From NCBI GenBank assembly GCA_013239625.1, contig MU053881.1, forward strand, positions 1,984,001 to 2,048,000: a stretch of 64,000 nucleotides of DNA, written 5' to 3'. Of the stretch, positions 27,214 to 39,800 are shown in pieces. Below the pieces are notes generated by a model. That model was not told the DNA's origin and did no database searches. It saw only the letters and a list, made by a program, of their open reading frames with translations. This stretch comes from Lama guanicoe (lineage: Eukaryota). Positions within the stretch are counted from its first letter, which is position 1; each line of letters opens with the position of its first letter. The translations under genes and the position numbers were made by a program.

Positions 27214-28444
27214 GCCGCTGCTGTTCACGGGTCCCCGCCGCGGGGGGTGCCCACCATGGGGACTGTGGGCAGCGCCGCCGGCCAGAGCTTGCAGGGCGAC
27301 AGGCAGGCGGCGGAGAGAGCCCAGCTCCGCTCCTGCGGGCCCTCACATCCTGAAACACCAGCTCACTACCTCTTTTCTCTGCCACAGGAAGTGTCTCTAT
27401 AGAAACCGAACCACAGAAAGAAGCAAGGTCTAAGAGCGAATGCTTCTTCCTACACACACACACGCACACACACGTTCACACTCACACACTCATGCTGCCA
27501 ACACACCCTTGGCAGTGTCCCACGCAGGCACCAACACATGACAGAGGCCTCTGTGTGCCCAGCGAGGAGTCCAGCCTCGTCTGGTCCAGCCCAGGGGGTT
27601 CCAAGTTCACGTCTGGGCACACAGAAGTGCACGTTCACACACCTAGGCACCTTCGTATGCCCTGCAGGGGCTCCTGTGGACGTAGGAACGTGTCCACTGG
27701 GACCTGAGTGTCCACTCATGTACATTACTGAGCCCACACCGAGCCCACACCTGCTGGGTGCTGGGCGTGTGCACACTCAGCACCCCTCCCCCGGCAGTTG
27801 TGCACGGGCAGAGCACTACTTCTGTCCCGAGACACCTCCAGACTGTCCTTCCTAGGCCTGTGCCTGGGTGTGCAGACAAGTGGATACACTGCACGCATGG
27901 TCACGCACACACAGACCTTTCAGGTGCACAGGTCAGAAACACACAGGTTCTCCCTCATCAGGAGAGAACCTCATCACTGTCCCTTGGACCGGTACATGTG
28001 ACAGGCACACCTGCACACAGGCACGTATGAATTCAGACATCCCAGTGACGTGTGCAACCAGGGATGCACACGCTCACCCACTGGGCAGGGAACAGATCAG
28101 GTGCCTCTGTGTCCAAAAGCAGCTGTGCGTTCATAGTCACTCATGTAAAAGTCCCACCTTGGTGTAGTGCTCTTGACTGAAAAGGGGCACTCTGCCTTCT
28201 CAGCCATGGTCCAGTCCCAGATGGACTCAGGCCCTTTAGCCAGAGTCCTCGGTTGGCCTCTTTCTTACACGAGCGTGTACGTGCTATAGGACTTGCATCT
28301 TACCCAAATATGGGGTTACTTACAACCCTCAAGTCACCCATCACTCCACTCTGGGACCCTCTTTCTACAAGGATAAGATGACACCCCATCTTTCATATTC
28401 TACCCTCTATTTCACTGCCCCCTTCTAGGGTCATGACCTGAAAC

Positions 28445-28850
28445 TTTAGGAGGCAGAAACCGAGTGACTCTTCACCTCAAATTCACATCCTCTTCCTCCT
28501 GAGCACACAGCTAAACTTTGATTTCCCATCCTCCCTTGCAGTCAGGTGTGGCCATGTGCCAACTAGTTCCCAGCCACTGAATGTGAGTGGAGTGATGTGT
28601 GCCGAGGCTTTTAAGCCGTGTATGCTCTCCCCTTTAGCTGGCTGCTTGGAGAAGATGAAGTCCTAAGGGATGGTAGAGGCACAAGAAGGAAGAAGCCTGG
28701 GTCTCTGCATTAGCAAAAGGAGGCAAGCCACTCATCAACCAGGAACACCAGTTTTGGACTTCTAAGAAAGAGAGAAATCAACTTCTTGGAGCCATTAGAC
28801 ACCTTAGGGTCTATTTGTTATAGCTACTAGCATTGCCCTAGTTAATATAC
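28445..28850. mobile_element. MaLR LTR relic (MLT1-like)
   Basis: TTTCCCATCCTCCCTTGCAGTCAGGTGTGGCCATGTG...TTTGTTATAGC pattern. Confidence 0.55.
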
Positions 28851-29719
28851 CTCTTCACCCAGTCCTAACTCACCTCTTTCCAGACACCTTGCTCTAGGCC
28901 ACCCAGAGAGAGGGATTTGGTCAGACTTGGGGTGTATATTGGGGGTTGCTTTGGGGCCTGGCGCATTGTTAAGAGGGCCTTAATAAGATGTCTGACAGTG
29001 TCAGTATGCCTGTGACAGGTTGATACGGTGTGTGATGTGACTGGAGACTGCCTGCCTGTCTACTGTGCTGTGGATCCAGGCCTAGCTTCATAGGGTCTTT
29101 CCCACACATGACCTCATTTGATCCTCATAACCTCTTTGTTAGTGGTGCTCATTATTCCCATTTTACAGATCAGGAAACTGGACTCTGAGAGAAGTGAGTC
29201 ACCCAAGTTTAGACAAGTTGCCTTGAATGTTTGTGCTTGGGATATCAGGAGCTGAGCCTGGGCCACCGCTGGTCCCGTCTCTAACAGTGCATCTTCCTCT
29301 CTGCAAAGACCCAATCAGGGGATCTGCCTAGGAACTCCTCCTAAGCGCATCCTCTCCTGCTGCAGAAGCAGCAGCAGCTGTCGGCCAGCCTCAGCAATGG
29401 GTTCTTAAGAGAGACAAAAGCAGCAACCAATCATGGAACGGCACGTTCGGCTTGTGGGCCAACATGGAGCAGAGGGAGGATTTGAGTCGGTGAGAAAGGC
29501 TTTCTTCTGCCTCTCCCTACCACTCCACCATGGATGCTAGTTTCAGCTCTGACCACATCTTTACCCCAGGGACTCCAGCCAACCCTGGGACTTCCTATCT
29601 CTCAGCCCTTGTTTAATTTTCTTCACTCCATAGGACACTTCTCAACTTCTCTTTCTGTGGCTTCTCACAGGGAATTAATTAGTTACTGATATCTAGTTTT
29701 CCTGTGGGACTTAAAAAAT

Positions 29720-29866
29720 ATATTTATTATTTTATTTTTATTTATTTATTGGGGGGGAGGGAGTAATTAGGTTTATTTCTTTATTTTTGATGGAAGTACT
29801 GAGGATTGAACCCAGGACCTCATGCATACCAAGCACACACTCTACCACCGAGTTATACCCTCCCCC
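29720..29866 (-). mobile_element. tRNA-derived SINE (vic-1-like)
   Basis: Same family consensus; TGGGACTT on both flanks. Confidence 0.82.
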
Positions 29867-30451
29867 ACCATGGGACTTCTGATGACCCTTCCCTGTGGAG
29901 ACCTCCCTGGCTCAGGCACCACTCTCTCTTATCTGGTCACAGTGACCTCTTATTGGCTCCTTATCTTATCTGGAGCCAGAGAAACCCATATTGGTCACCC
30001 CCATGCTTAAAACCATCCCATTGCCTTCTGGGAAAAGGCCACGTACCTTAGCTGGGAATTGAAGGCCCTTAGAGTTCTGGCCTCAGCCAAACTCTCCCTA
30101 CCACTCCTCAGCCATTCCAAACTGCTTGCATTCTTTATGCTTTCAAGGATCCCTCCTGGCCTTTGCATTTCCTGTTTTCTTTGCTGAGAGTGCGTTTCCT
30201 CTTTTTGACAAACTACTGCTGATTCTTCATGACCCTATTCCAAGTTCTAGAACAAATATTCATTCTTTCACCAATTATTTATTAATCACCTTCTATGTGC
30301 CAAGCACTGTTCTAGATGCTGGGGATCCAGTAGTGACTATAGCTGGTAAGTATCCAGCCCTTACGGGGGTCTAGTGGAATGCTCATGTTCTTGTTTGCAT
30401 AGATATAGACACATCTCTGGAAGGGTATACCCCTTGGGCTTTTGTTGTTGC

Positions 30452-30530
30452 ACATATGTTACATATACACATATATATGTGTGTGTGTATATATACACAT
30501 ATGTATATATATTTGTATGTGTTTGTACAT
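30452..30530 (+). repeat. Imperfect (TA/CA/TG)n repeat
   Basis: catatatacacatatatatgtgtgtgtgtatatatacac... Confidence 0.75.
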
Positions 30531-31339
30531 AAAGTCACATTTTAAAAAGATGACTCAACACTTAATCCTGAGTAAGTTAATTCACTCAAAAGGGCAACTT
30601 CGTAAAGGAACAAGGAACCAAATCTCCCACCTTGTGATCTATAACAGGAGTCATTGATCCAAGTGGCTAGAGGGGCCAAGCAGGTGCTGTAAATTACCGG
30701 TCAGAATGAAGACTAATTTAGAAAAGGAAGGCATTTTCATGGGGGTAGCCCTATGAGCTTAGTGTGGTTGGATCTTCCGATTTTTCTTGGGAAGCTGGAA
30801 ATTTGAGTTTCCACTGTGAATTTGTCTCCTAATTAAAATATCAGTAGTTAAGTCACTTACTGAAATAGCATCAGCAAGAGCTCTGTTTGGCTGCGGGCTA
30901 TCAGTTTTCGACCTATGGTCCACAGCCAGCTTTCCTGGACCTTTCACAGACGTTTCTTGCTGCACAGGGCTGGGGCTACAACCGTTTGGATCCGAATGGG
31001 TCCCAACCATCACTGGGACAGTATCCCGGTTTGCTCCTCCTGCTGAAACCCGACTGGGTCGGAGGAACTGGAAGTAGTGGACGCCATCAGATAATTGTGG
31101 GAATTCTAAATTTCCAAAGACGTGGAGCTGGGGGCGGTAAAGCCGGAGACGGCTAAAAGCTCGCCAGTGAGTTCTAGGCGGAGCGGGAGTTGGAATTCAG
31201 GTCTCCGCCTTCGGTTCAGAACTCCTTTCTCCTGGGATTGAGACAGGTTACTCCAGGGACGCGACCAGTGACTAGAGGCCAAGACTGTTGAAGGCTTCAT
31301 TCCCTTCCCCACCCATGCACGCAAGAGCGGCCCACAAAA

Positions 31340-31678
31340 ACTACAAGTTCCAGCATGCCCCACTCCGCAGACGACCCTCGCGCTGCTCGCCGACTCAAAT
31401 CATCCCTCTGCTCCGCGTTGGCCCGCAAGCCGAACGTGCTGTTCCATGATTGGTTGCTGCTCTTGTCGCTCGTAAGAACCCCATTGCTGAGGCTGGCCGA
31501 CAGGCGCCTCGCAGCAGCCAAGGTACTTGACTAGAATGGGGAGCTGCTCAACAAATAAAGCCGCCGTCCCATCAGCACCGAGGATTTGCTTTTGCTGGGA
31601 GTTCCTGAGAGTTGGAGGGCTTCCGGCCGGAGGCCATTAGATGGAACACCCGGAAGGCGGAAGTCCTAGGACGGAAGT
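31340..31678 (+). promoter_or_regulatory. LMAN2 CpG-rich TATA-less promoter with ZNF143-type and tandem ETS/GABP motifs
   Basis: ACTACAAGTTCCAGCATGCCC at 31340-31360; CCGGAAGGCGGAAGT at 31650-31664; CGGAAGT at 31672-31678, just before the ATG. Confidence 0.75.
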
Positions 31679-31696
31679 GGCGGAGAGGAACGGAGA

Positions 31697-31892
31697 ATGG
31701 CGGCGGCGGGCTGTATTTGGCGCAGGGGCTGGGGCCGGCGGTGCCTGGGGAGGCCTGGGCTTCCCGGCCCCGGCCCTGGCCCCGCTACACCTCTACTTCT
31801 TCTCCTGTTGCTGGGGCCGGTGGCTGCGGATATAACTGACGGCAACAGTGAACACCTCAAGCGGGAGCATTCGCTCATCAAGCCCTACCAAG
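31697..31892 (+). CDS. LMAN2: LMAN2 exon 1 coding part (196 nt)
   Basis: [18 protein letters not shown]...[21 protein letters not shown]. Confidence 0.96.
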
Positions 31893-34800
31893 GTGAGGCC
31901 TGGGGCGGGAATGAGTGCAGTGAGCGCGAGGCTGGTCGGGGTTGGGGAAGGAGTGCCCTTTCTCCTGATCAGAGCAACTCTTTGGGTTTCCTGCCTCTGG
32001 CAAAGCCAGTCCTGGCCTGGCCTCTTGTGCACCTGTCTGTACCCGTGTTTCTGCCCACAGGGGTCGGTTCCAGCTCCATGCCTCTTTGGGACTTCCAGGG
32101 CAGTACCATACTCACGAGCCAGTATGTGCGTCTGACCCCTGACGAGCGCAGCAAAGAGGGCTCTATCTGGAACCACCAGGTGAGTGGTTTCCAAGAGACT
32201 AGGCAGACCCTTAAGTAAGCCATTACAGCTAGCCTTCAGCAGCCCAGACCTGAGCTTGGTTTAAAAGCTGCATCTCCGTCCCCCGCCCCCTTCCCCACCT
32301 TGGTCACACGCCAGTAATAACAAGTAATGGCTGTTGGAGTTACCTCGTGTCCGGAGCTGTGCTTGACGCTTTGTACACCATTCTCACTTCATTCCTTCAA
32401 AAGCCATGTGAAGTAGCTCCATTTTACTGACTAAGAAGCTAAGACTCAAGAGTTGAAAAAGCCTTCCCCAAAGGTATTTTCACATAGCCAGTTAGTAGTG
32501 GAGCTGTTGACCACGTGAACTGAACTCTCTAATTAGTGGGATAAATTAAACGAACGGTATCTTTATTGAGTGTTTAGTGTGTTAGGCACTGACTTTAACA
32601 TGCCTTATTACGTTTAATTTTCAGACTGTTTGATACTCACAGCTATCGTGACTTTATTCAGAGCTAACATTGATGGTGAATGGCATAAGCAGCAGTTAAA
32701 CCCTGATCTGTCTCATGTCCAAGCCCAGCAGTTTGCTCACTACCCTTGACCCCCATACGGACAGTGGAGGAACTCCTTAGAAATATCTGCAGACTCAGCC
32801 CCCTTCCCCAGTGCTTGATTGAGGGTCTGGTCATCAGTGGTGTGAAGGGGCTGGACTCGTGGGCAGTTTTAGTTTTCTGTGACCTTTGCTGCAGAGGTAA
32901 GGGAGCCTCAGGTGTCACTCATGTGTCATACATAAGGAGTGGCCAAGATTAGCTGCTACACAGACTCCACACTGAGGAAGGTCAAGGAAGGAGTGACGGG
33001 AATAATTCGGGGCAGAACCCGCTCCTCCCCAAGCCTGCCTGATGCCAGTCCTTCCCACGGCTTAAGCTTGGGCCAGTGTCCTAGTTTCCTCCATCACCCT
33101 GCCCTTTGGTCCCTTCAGGATGACTTCTGAGAGCCCAGAGTGTCCTTGTGTTGCCTCATCTGTCTGTTCCCTCACCTCCTCCTCTTCTTCCTGCTAGGGG
33201 CATCTGGAGATGCTTTCTTTAGCTTTCACTCTTATCCTCAGAGCCTGGGGTCTCCTCTAAGGGGATAAACATGCATTATATCTGGACCGTCTGGCCCCTG
33301 GTGCCTGGCATCTGCAGTCATTCGCTGTGTTAATTTTGTTCCAATCTCTGTGGCTGCCTTCTTGCCTCAGGACCTTTGCACCTGTTCCCTCCATTGGGAC
33401 ACTACCTCCTGGCTCTTCAGGCCTGCTTGGTTCCTTCTTATCTGTTAAGTCCTAACTCGAGTGCCACCCACTCAGAGAGTTCTTCATTAATTACCTTGTT
33501 TCCTCCGAATCACATTCTGTTGCATTATTCTGTCTTAGGGGTTTCAGATAATTTTTTAAAATGATAACGCAGCCTTATATTTTTCAAGGAAATGAGCTCA
33601 GCGTAGCATTAAAAAAATTTTTATTTTAATGAGGTACAAGTAGTGCCGGAACTGTTAGAAACTGATTTCGTCACAAGTCACTTAATTACAGTTGTAGGTC
33701 GTTGGTGGTTGGTGATGTCCCAGGGCTGAAAGGTCTCTTCACTTAGCCTTCATCGAATTTTCACCGTCTGAAATATAACTGCCTTGTCTTCCTCCCCCAC
33801 CTCGTTGTTCAGCTCCAGGACCTTTCCCTTTAGGCCCTGCAGATTTCCCCTAAAGGGCTGGATGGAGTGTTTCCTTCTCATTCCTGAAAGAAATGCTTGG
33901 AACTCTTAGGATTTTCTGCCCAGTGTTTCTCAAGAACCACCTTTTCCTTTACTGGGTTGGAGAAATGCTTTCTGGAGTTTTCTCTTTTTTGTCCCCTTCC
34001 CTCACTCCATCTGGGAGAGGCATCAAGTTAGCAAACACTCCAGAGCACCTGCTGTCTTCTAAGCAGCGATAAGACACAGCTCCTGCTGTGGCATGGGCGT
34101 GGGAGGGTGCGGACCAAGGGGTGGCCCAGCCTGACTAGAGCTCCAGGTGGCTGATGGCTGGAACGCAGGCCACGAGGGGCTGGGCTCGAGATGGTCTTGT
34201 GTGGAGGCTACAGCACTGGTCTTTAAGCTTTTTTTTTTTTTATTTAACTTTTAATGGTCTATAAATTTTTTTGCTGATGGATTGTCTGAAAGTATATATC
34301 CCCTTGAACTTTTTAAGACTGGATACTGAAAAAAAAAACCCAAACAAGACAAAAATACAAAAAAAAAAGAATCAATATCCAAGATTGCTTATCATAAGTT
34401 TAAATTTTTGCAAAGGATGCAATTTCCAGCATATTTAAAGTATTGTTTTAAAATAAAATTGTTCAGTACTCAAGCGTACTCATTGGAATCTACATATAGC
34501 AGTTTGATATCCACTCTTAAACACGATGAATAAGCTGAAATTGTACATGAGGTTTTTTAAAATGCAACTTGTATTTTCATTTCATTTCCTGCACTGAATT
34601 TTATCCTAGTGCAGTGTATTTATTGCTGGAAAATCTCATATTGATTAGCCCATCATATTTCCTTTGCAACTAAAATGAGGGTAATTTAAGCTTTTTAACT
34701 TCATTGGGAGCTTGAAATTAAGTTTTAATATTTTCTTTGGGATTATTATAGTTATCATTGGTAAACAGTTGATAAAAAGAAATGCATTGCACACTTTTTG

Positions 34801-36796
34801 AATGACTATTACACAAAAGTAAACATGCATTGAAATGCGTCTCATTGAGCTGTCATCTCCCCACCCCCACCCGGACGGACGGCATTGTCAGACTGAGAAG
34901 CTTCAACACGACTGTGCTCTTTGTTTTAATTCATGTGACTGCTGAGAAACTGTTTGCTTAAATAGTAGCTGGAGACGGGGGTTTCATTATCGCAAGGCCA
35001 CTCAATATTTTGAATTTCTTTGGTTTAGCAACCCCAAATCGTACAGTGATCTTTCATCAAAAAATTTTGGTGTAGCAGCTGACTGTTGGATTTGCTTTGT
35101 TACAGGCCGAGACGTGGAAACCACCTGACTGTAAAATGGGTCGTGGCTGCCAAATGATTGATTCTGATTTAGATGGCCTGAGGGGGCGGCCAGGGCATTA
35201 AGATTTCTGAGCTCCCCAGGTTTCTCAGCTGTGCAGCTGGGGTGGAGGGTGATGCCCATGTTATGTTCTGCCCCCGAGAGCAGCTCATGCATCAGTTCCA
35301 GCCCGTACTTCATCTGCTTCAAATCCTTCAGACGTTTTATATTGTCCATGTCGTCGTAGTATTTCTATCTGATCTGCAGTCTTGTCTGCAGTACGTGGAG
35401 ACTTTCTAAGTCCTGGATAGTCTTAGTGGTGTGGGTTTCCCGGTCCTCAGCTTCCATGTGTACTCTTTCCTGAAACTGATCTCCCTGCAAACATGCCAGG
35501 GACCTTCCTGTTCACAGTTGCCCTTATGCTGGGAGGCACACCTCATGCGCACCTGCTTGGGGTCTTATCTGAGTGCATTGTTCCCACGCACAGAAAACTC
35601 CTGGGCACCAAAGAGGCCATTTGAAATCTTGCTTTCTGGGCTGACCTTTGTGTACGTGAGATATGTTTTCAATTTTTTTTTTGAAATATATGAGGGCTTT
35701 CTAGTTATCTTTATTTTTTAAGTTATTACTGATCTCTGGTTTAATTTCCTCATGGCCAAGGGACAGACTGATTTCAGTGCTTGGAGATCTTTTGAGACTA
35801 GTAGATGGTCCTTCAGAGGATCAGCTTTTTGGGGGAACATTCCATATGTGCTTGTAAAGGATGTGGATTCTGTTAGTTGAGTGAAGGATGCTGTTTAGAT
35901 ACTTAGGTCAAGATTGCTGATTGTGTTCAAATCTCTATATCTTTCCTGACATTTTCCCTCATTTTTATCAGTTAGTAGGAGAGGTGTATTAAAATTACTT
36001 TGTGTGCATTTGTCTTTATCTTTCCAGGTGGTCGGTTTCTGCTTTGTATGTTTTGAGACTGAAATTATCCTGATGAAAGGAATCGTTTGTCATAGAGAAG
36101 GGTCCCCCTCTAAACTTGATTACTGACACACCTAGCTGCGCGAGCTTGTTTTTGCTTATTTTTGCATGCAGTATCTTGTTCTATCCTTTTCTTTTTCCCA
36201 TTTCTTTGTCTTTGAGAGTTGTCTCTTGTATACAGCATATAATTAGGCCTTTGCACAGTTATTTGTTTATTTTTATGACTTTTAAATAGTGTATTTTATG
36301 AAGCTATTCTCTTCAGTAGGATACTCATTGGATTGAGAAAGTTTTTAAAAATATAATGGCCATCAACAAAAATCTGATTACTGTAAATATGTGTCTGCAT
36401 GCAAAAGAAAATAAAATTCCTCAAACTTTTTCTTTTCTTGTGGTAAAATATACATGACATAAAATTTACCATCTTAACCATTTTTGAGAGTGGAGTTCAG
36501 TGGCATTAAGTACACTGACCTTGTTGTGCAACCTCACCACCATCCACCTCCAGAACTTTTCTGTCATCCCAGGCTCAAATTCTTTACACGCTAACTCCCC
36601 ATCACCCCTCCCCCCACAGCCCCATAGCCGCTGTTCTGCATTCTGTCTCTTTATTTGACTCTTCTAGTTACCTCCCATAAATGGAATCATAGAATATTTG
36701 TCTGTTTGACTTACTTCACTTAGCGTAATGTCTGCAAGGTTCATCATGCTGTAGCATGTATTAGTACTTCATTTCTTTTCATGGCTGAATAATATT

Positions 36797-36838
<42 letters not shown>

Positions 36839-39800
36839 CACACGTGTGTACTTACAGATCACATTTTGTTTGTCCATTCATCTGTTGGTGGACACTTGGG
36901 TCGTTTCTACCTTTTGTGAGTTCCTCTTGCGAACAGTGCTGCTGTGAACATGGGTATACACAAATGTCTGAGTGCCTGCTCTCACTTCTTTTGGTATGTA
37001 CCTAGGAAGTGACATTGCTGGGTCATAAGGTCACTCTGTTTAACATTTTGAGGCCCACCAAGCTGTTTTCCCCAGTAACTACACCATTTTACATTCCCAC
37101 CAGCACTGCACCAGGGTTCCAGTTTCTCCATGCCCTTGCAACACTTATTTTCCATTTTTTGGGTAATAGCCATCCTAATGGATGTGAAGTGGAATTTTGT
37201 GGTTTTGATTTGCATTTCCCTAATGACTAATGATGTTGAGCAACTTTTCCTGTGCTTATTAGCCATTTGTAAAAATGTCCATTCAAGTCCTTTGCCCATT
37301 TTTGGATTGCATTGTTTTTTGCTGTTGAGTTTTAGGAGTTCTCTGTATTCTGGATGTTATCAGTAAATGGCTTGTAAGTATTTTCTGCAACTCTGTCGGT
37401 TATCTTTTCGTTCTCTTGATGTTCTGTGATGTGTAAAAGATTTTAATTTTGATGAAGTCCAGTTTACCTAGTTTTTTTGTTGCCTGTGCTTTGGTGTCAC
37501 ACCCAGGAAATCATTGCTAAATCCAGTGTTATGAAGATTTTCCCCATGTTTTCTTCTAAGAGTTTTATAATCTTAGCTCTTAATTTTAAGTCTTTGATGT
37601 GTTATTTTTTAAATAAAACTTTTAATTTTGAGATAAATATAGATTCACATGCAGTTGTAAGAAATAATAGAGATTAAGAGGTACAGACTTTTAGTTACAA
37701 AATTAGTAAGTCACAAGGATGTGATGTACAGCATAGGCACTGTGGTCAGTAACATTGCAATAACTTTCTGTGGTGGCAGTTACTAGACTTACCGTGGTGA
37801 TCAATTCATAATGTGTATAAATGTCGAATCCCTATGTGGTACACATGAGACTAATATAATATTGTGTGTCAACTATACTTCAACTTAAAAAAAGATAAAA
37901 AGTAATGCAGGGAGATCCTGTGTATCCTTACCAGCATTTATCTACATTTAGTAAAATAACTGATACATTTGGGTTTAATCTGCCATCTTACTATTTACTT
38001 TCTATTTGTACTGAGTGTTCTCTGTTCATTTTTCTCTCTGGTCTTGACTTCTTTGGGGTTGGTTAATTTTTATTCCACTTTTACATCTACTAGCTTGAAA
38101 GTTCTGTGCTTGTTTCCCAATATTTTAGTGGTTACTCTGCAGTTTAAAACACACATCATGTTTTACCAAAGTCTAATAACACGTACTTTCACCTCCCTGC
38201 AGGACAGCGCAAGTTTCTTCCAGCACTTTAACTCCATTTATCCCATTGTTATTTATTTTAATCTTTCTGTTTTGAATCACACAAAACATGATTGTTTTAT
38301 GCAGCCAAATATTTACTTCGATTTCTGTTTTCATGTTTACTTTATTTATTGCTCTGCCTTCCTGAATCTCTGACTTTACATCTGGTTCTGGATCACTTTC
38401 CTTCTCCCTGAACAATGAAAGACCGTTTTAAGGATTTTTTCTGAAAATGTCTTTATTTCACCTTCATTCTTTTTTTAGTTGCATAAATTAGCCTACTCAT
38501 CCTAGGCCAGCAGTGTTTCACGTGGCGGTGCTCCTGCTGGTCCTTCAGTTCCTTCAGGCTTCTGATGGCGGATGTTACTGAGGGCGGAAGTGGTGCCATG
38601 GGTCCAGGTGCCACCGGCTCTCGTTTTCATGTGGGAATCACAGTGCCAGATGCCCACAGCTCGCCTCTTCATCTTGGTTTTGCCCCAGAAAGAGCAAATG
38701 TAGTTGGCATGCTGGCTGATTTCAGTTTTCTTCCCTGTCTTCCTGAGGGAGGCATCATAACAAGGCCCGTATTTATGGACGGTCCTGACCTCGGCGCATT
38801 TAGCCACGTTGGTGGAAACTGGGTCCGAGCCCAGAGAGCACCTTCCTTCTTGAAGGGTACATCTGCTAAGTATAAAATTCTGTGTTGATTGTTAGCTCCT
38901 TTCAACTCCAAATGTATCAATCTGTTGTTGCCTTTTTACTCCTAGTGGTTCTGTTGAGAATTCTGGTGTTAGGCTAATTATAGCTCTTTTGAAGGTCATC
39001 TGTCTTTTTTCCCTTCTGGTTGCTTTCAAGAGTATCTGGGGTTCTTTTGCTTTGTTTTGATTTTTTTTTTCTCCCTTCCTCTCTTTTTAATGTACTTAGT
39101 TATGATATTCTTTTTATTCGTCTCCTTTCATTAGTAAGACTTAAGATGTGTGGCATAATGTTTTTAAATCATTAAGTGCTTAGATATCTCTTTAAATGTT
39201 TTTTTTTTTGCCCTATTTTCTTGCTACTCATTCTGAAACTTCAATTATATACAATGTGGACCTTCTCACTTTCCTCTCTTTCTTACCCACAGTGTTGTAT
39301 GTACCGTAATTTTGTTTTCTCTGCTTCATTTTGAGTATTTTAATCTGACTAGACTTGAGTTCACTAATTCTCTTTTCATCTATTTTTAATCTGTGATAAA
39401 ACCTATTCATTACATTGTATTTTTTTAGTGTGATTTTTGAAAATTTCAGTTACTACTGAAATTCTCAATCTTTTACCTCCTTGAATATAGTGAACTAGTT
39501 ATTTGAAAGGCCAATATCTGGAGTTCCTGTTGGCCTCCCTGCTTCCCTACCTTCCTATGTTTCTTCCTTCCTACCTTTCTCTGTTTTTTGTTCATATCTT
39601 GTCTCTTTGTATTCCTGGTATTTTTGATTGTGCACCAAATACTGTGTTTGTAAGACATTTTGTTAAAAAATGTGAGGCCTAGGTGAGTCTGTTTGGTCTG
39701 ATTTCAGGGATTGTGAGGACTCAGAGCTGCGCTGCAGCCCCTGGGAGGGCCTTTCTCATTCATTCTTACTTTTGGGTTGTAGTCTTTGTGGTCTCAGCCC

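Larger units (their letters stand above)
36425..39720 (-). mobile_element. Cluster of old L1 fragments in LMAN2 intron 2
   Basis: L1 3'UTR and ORF2-end motifs (minus [20 protein letters not shown]...[15 protein letters not shown]); interrupted by a plus-strand L1 end near 37670-37890 and by the RPL37A retrocopy. Confidence 0.75.

Noticed and set aside
31571..31590. REST/RE1-like TCAGCACCGAGGA in the LMAN2 promoter
   Set aside because: The right half-site (GGACAG) is absent.
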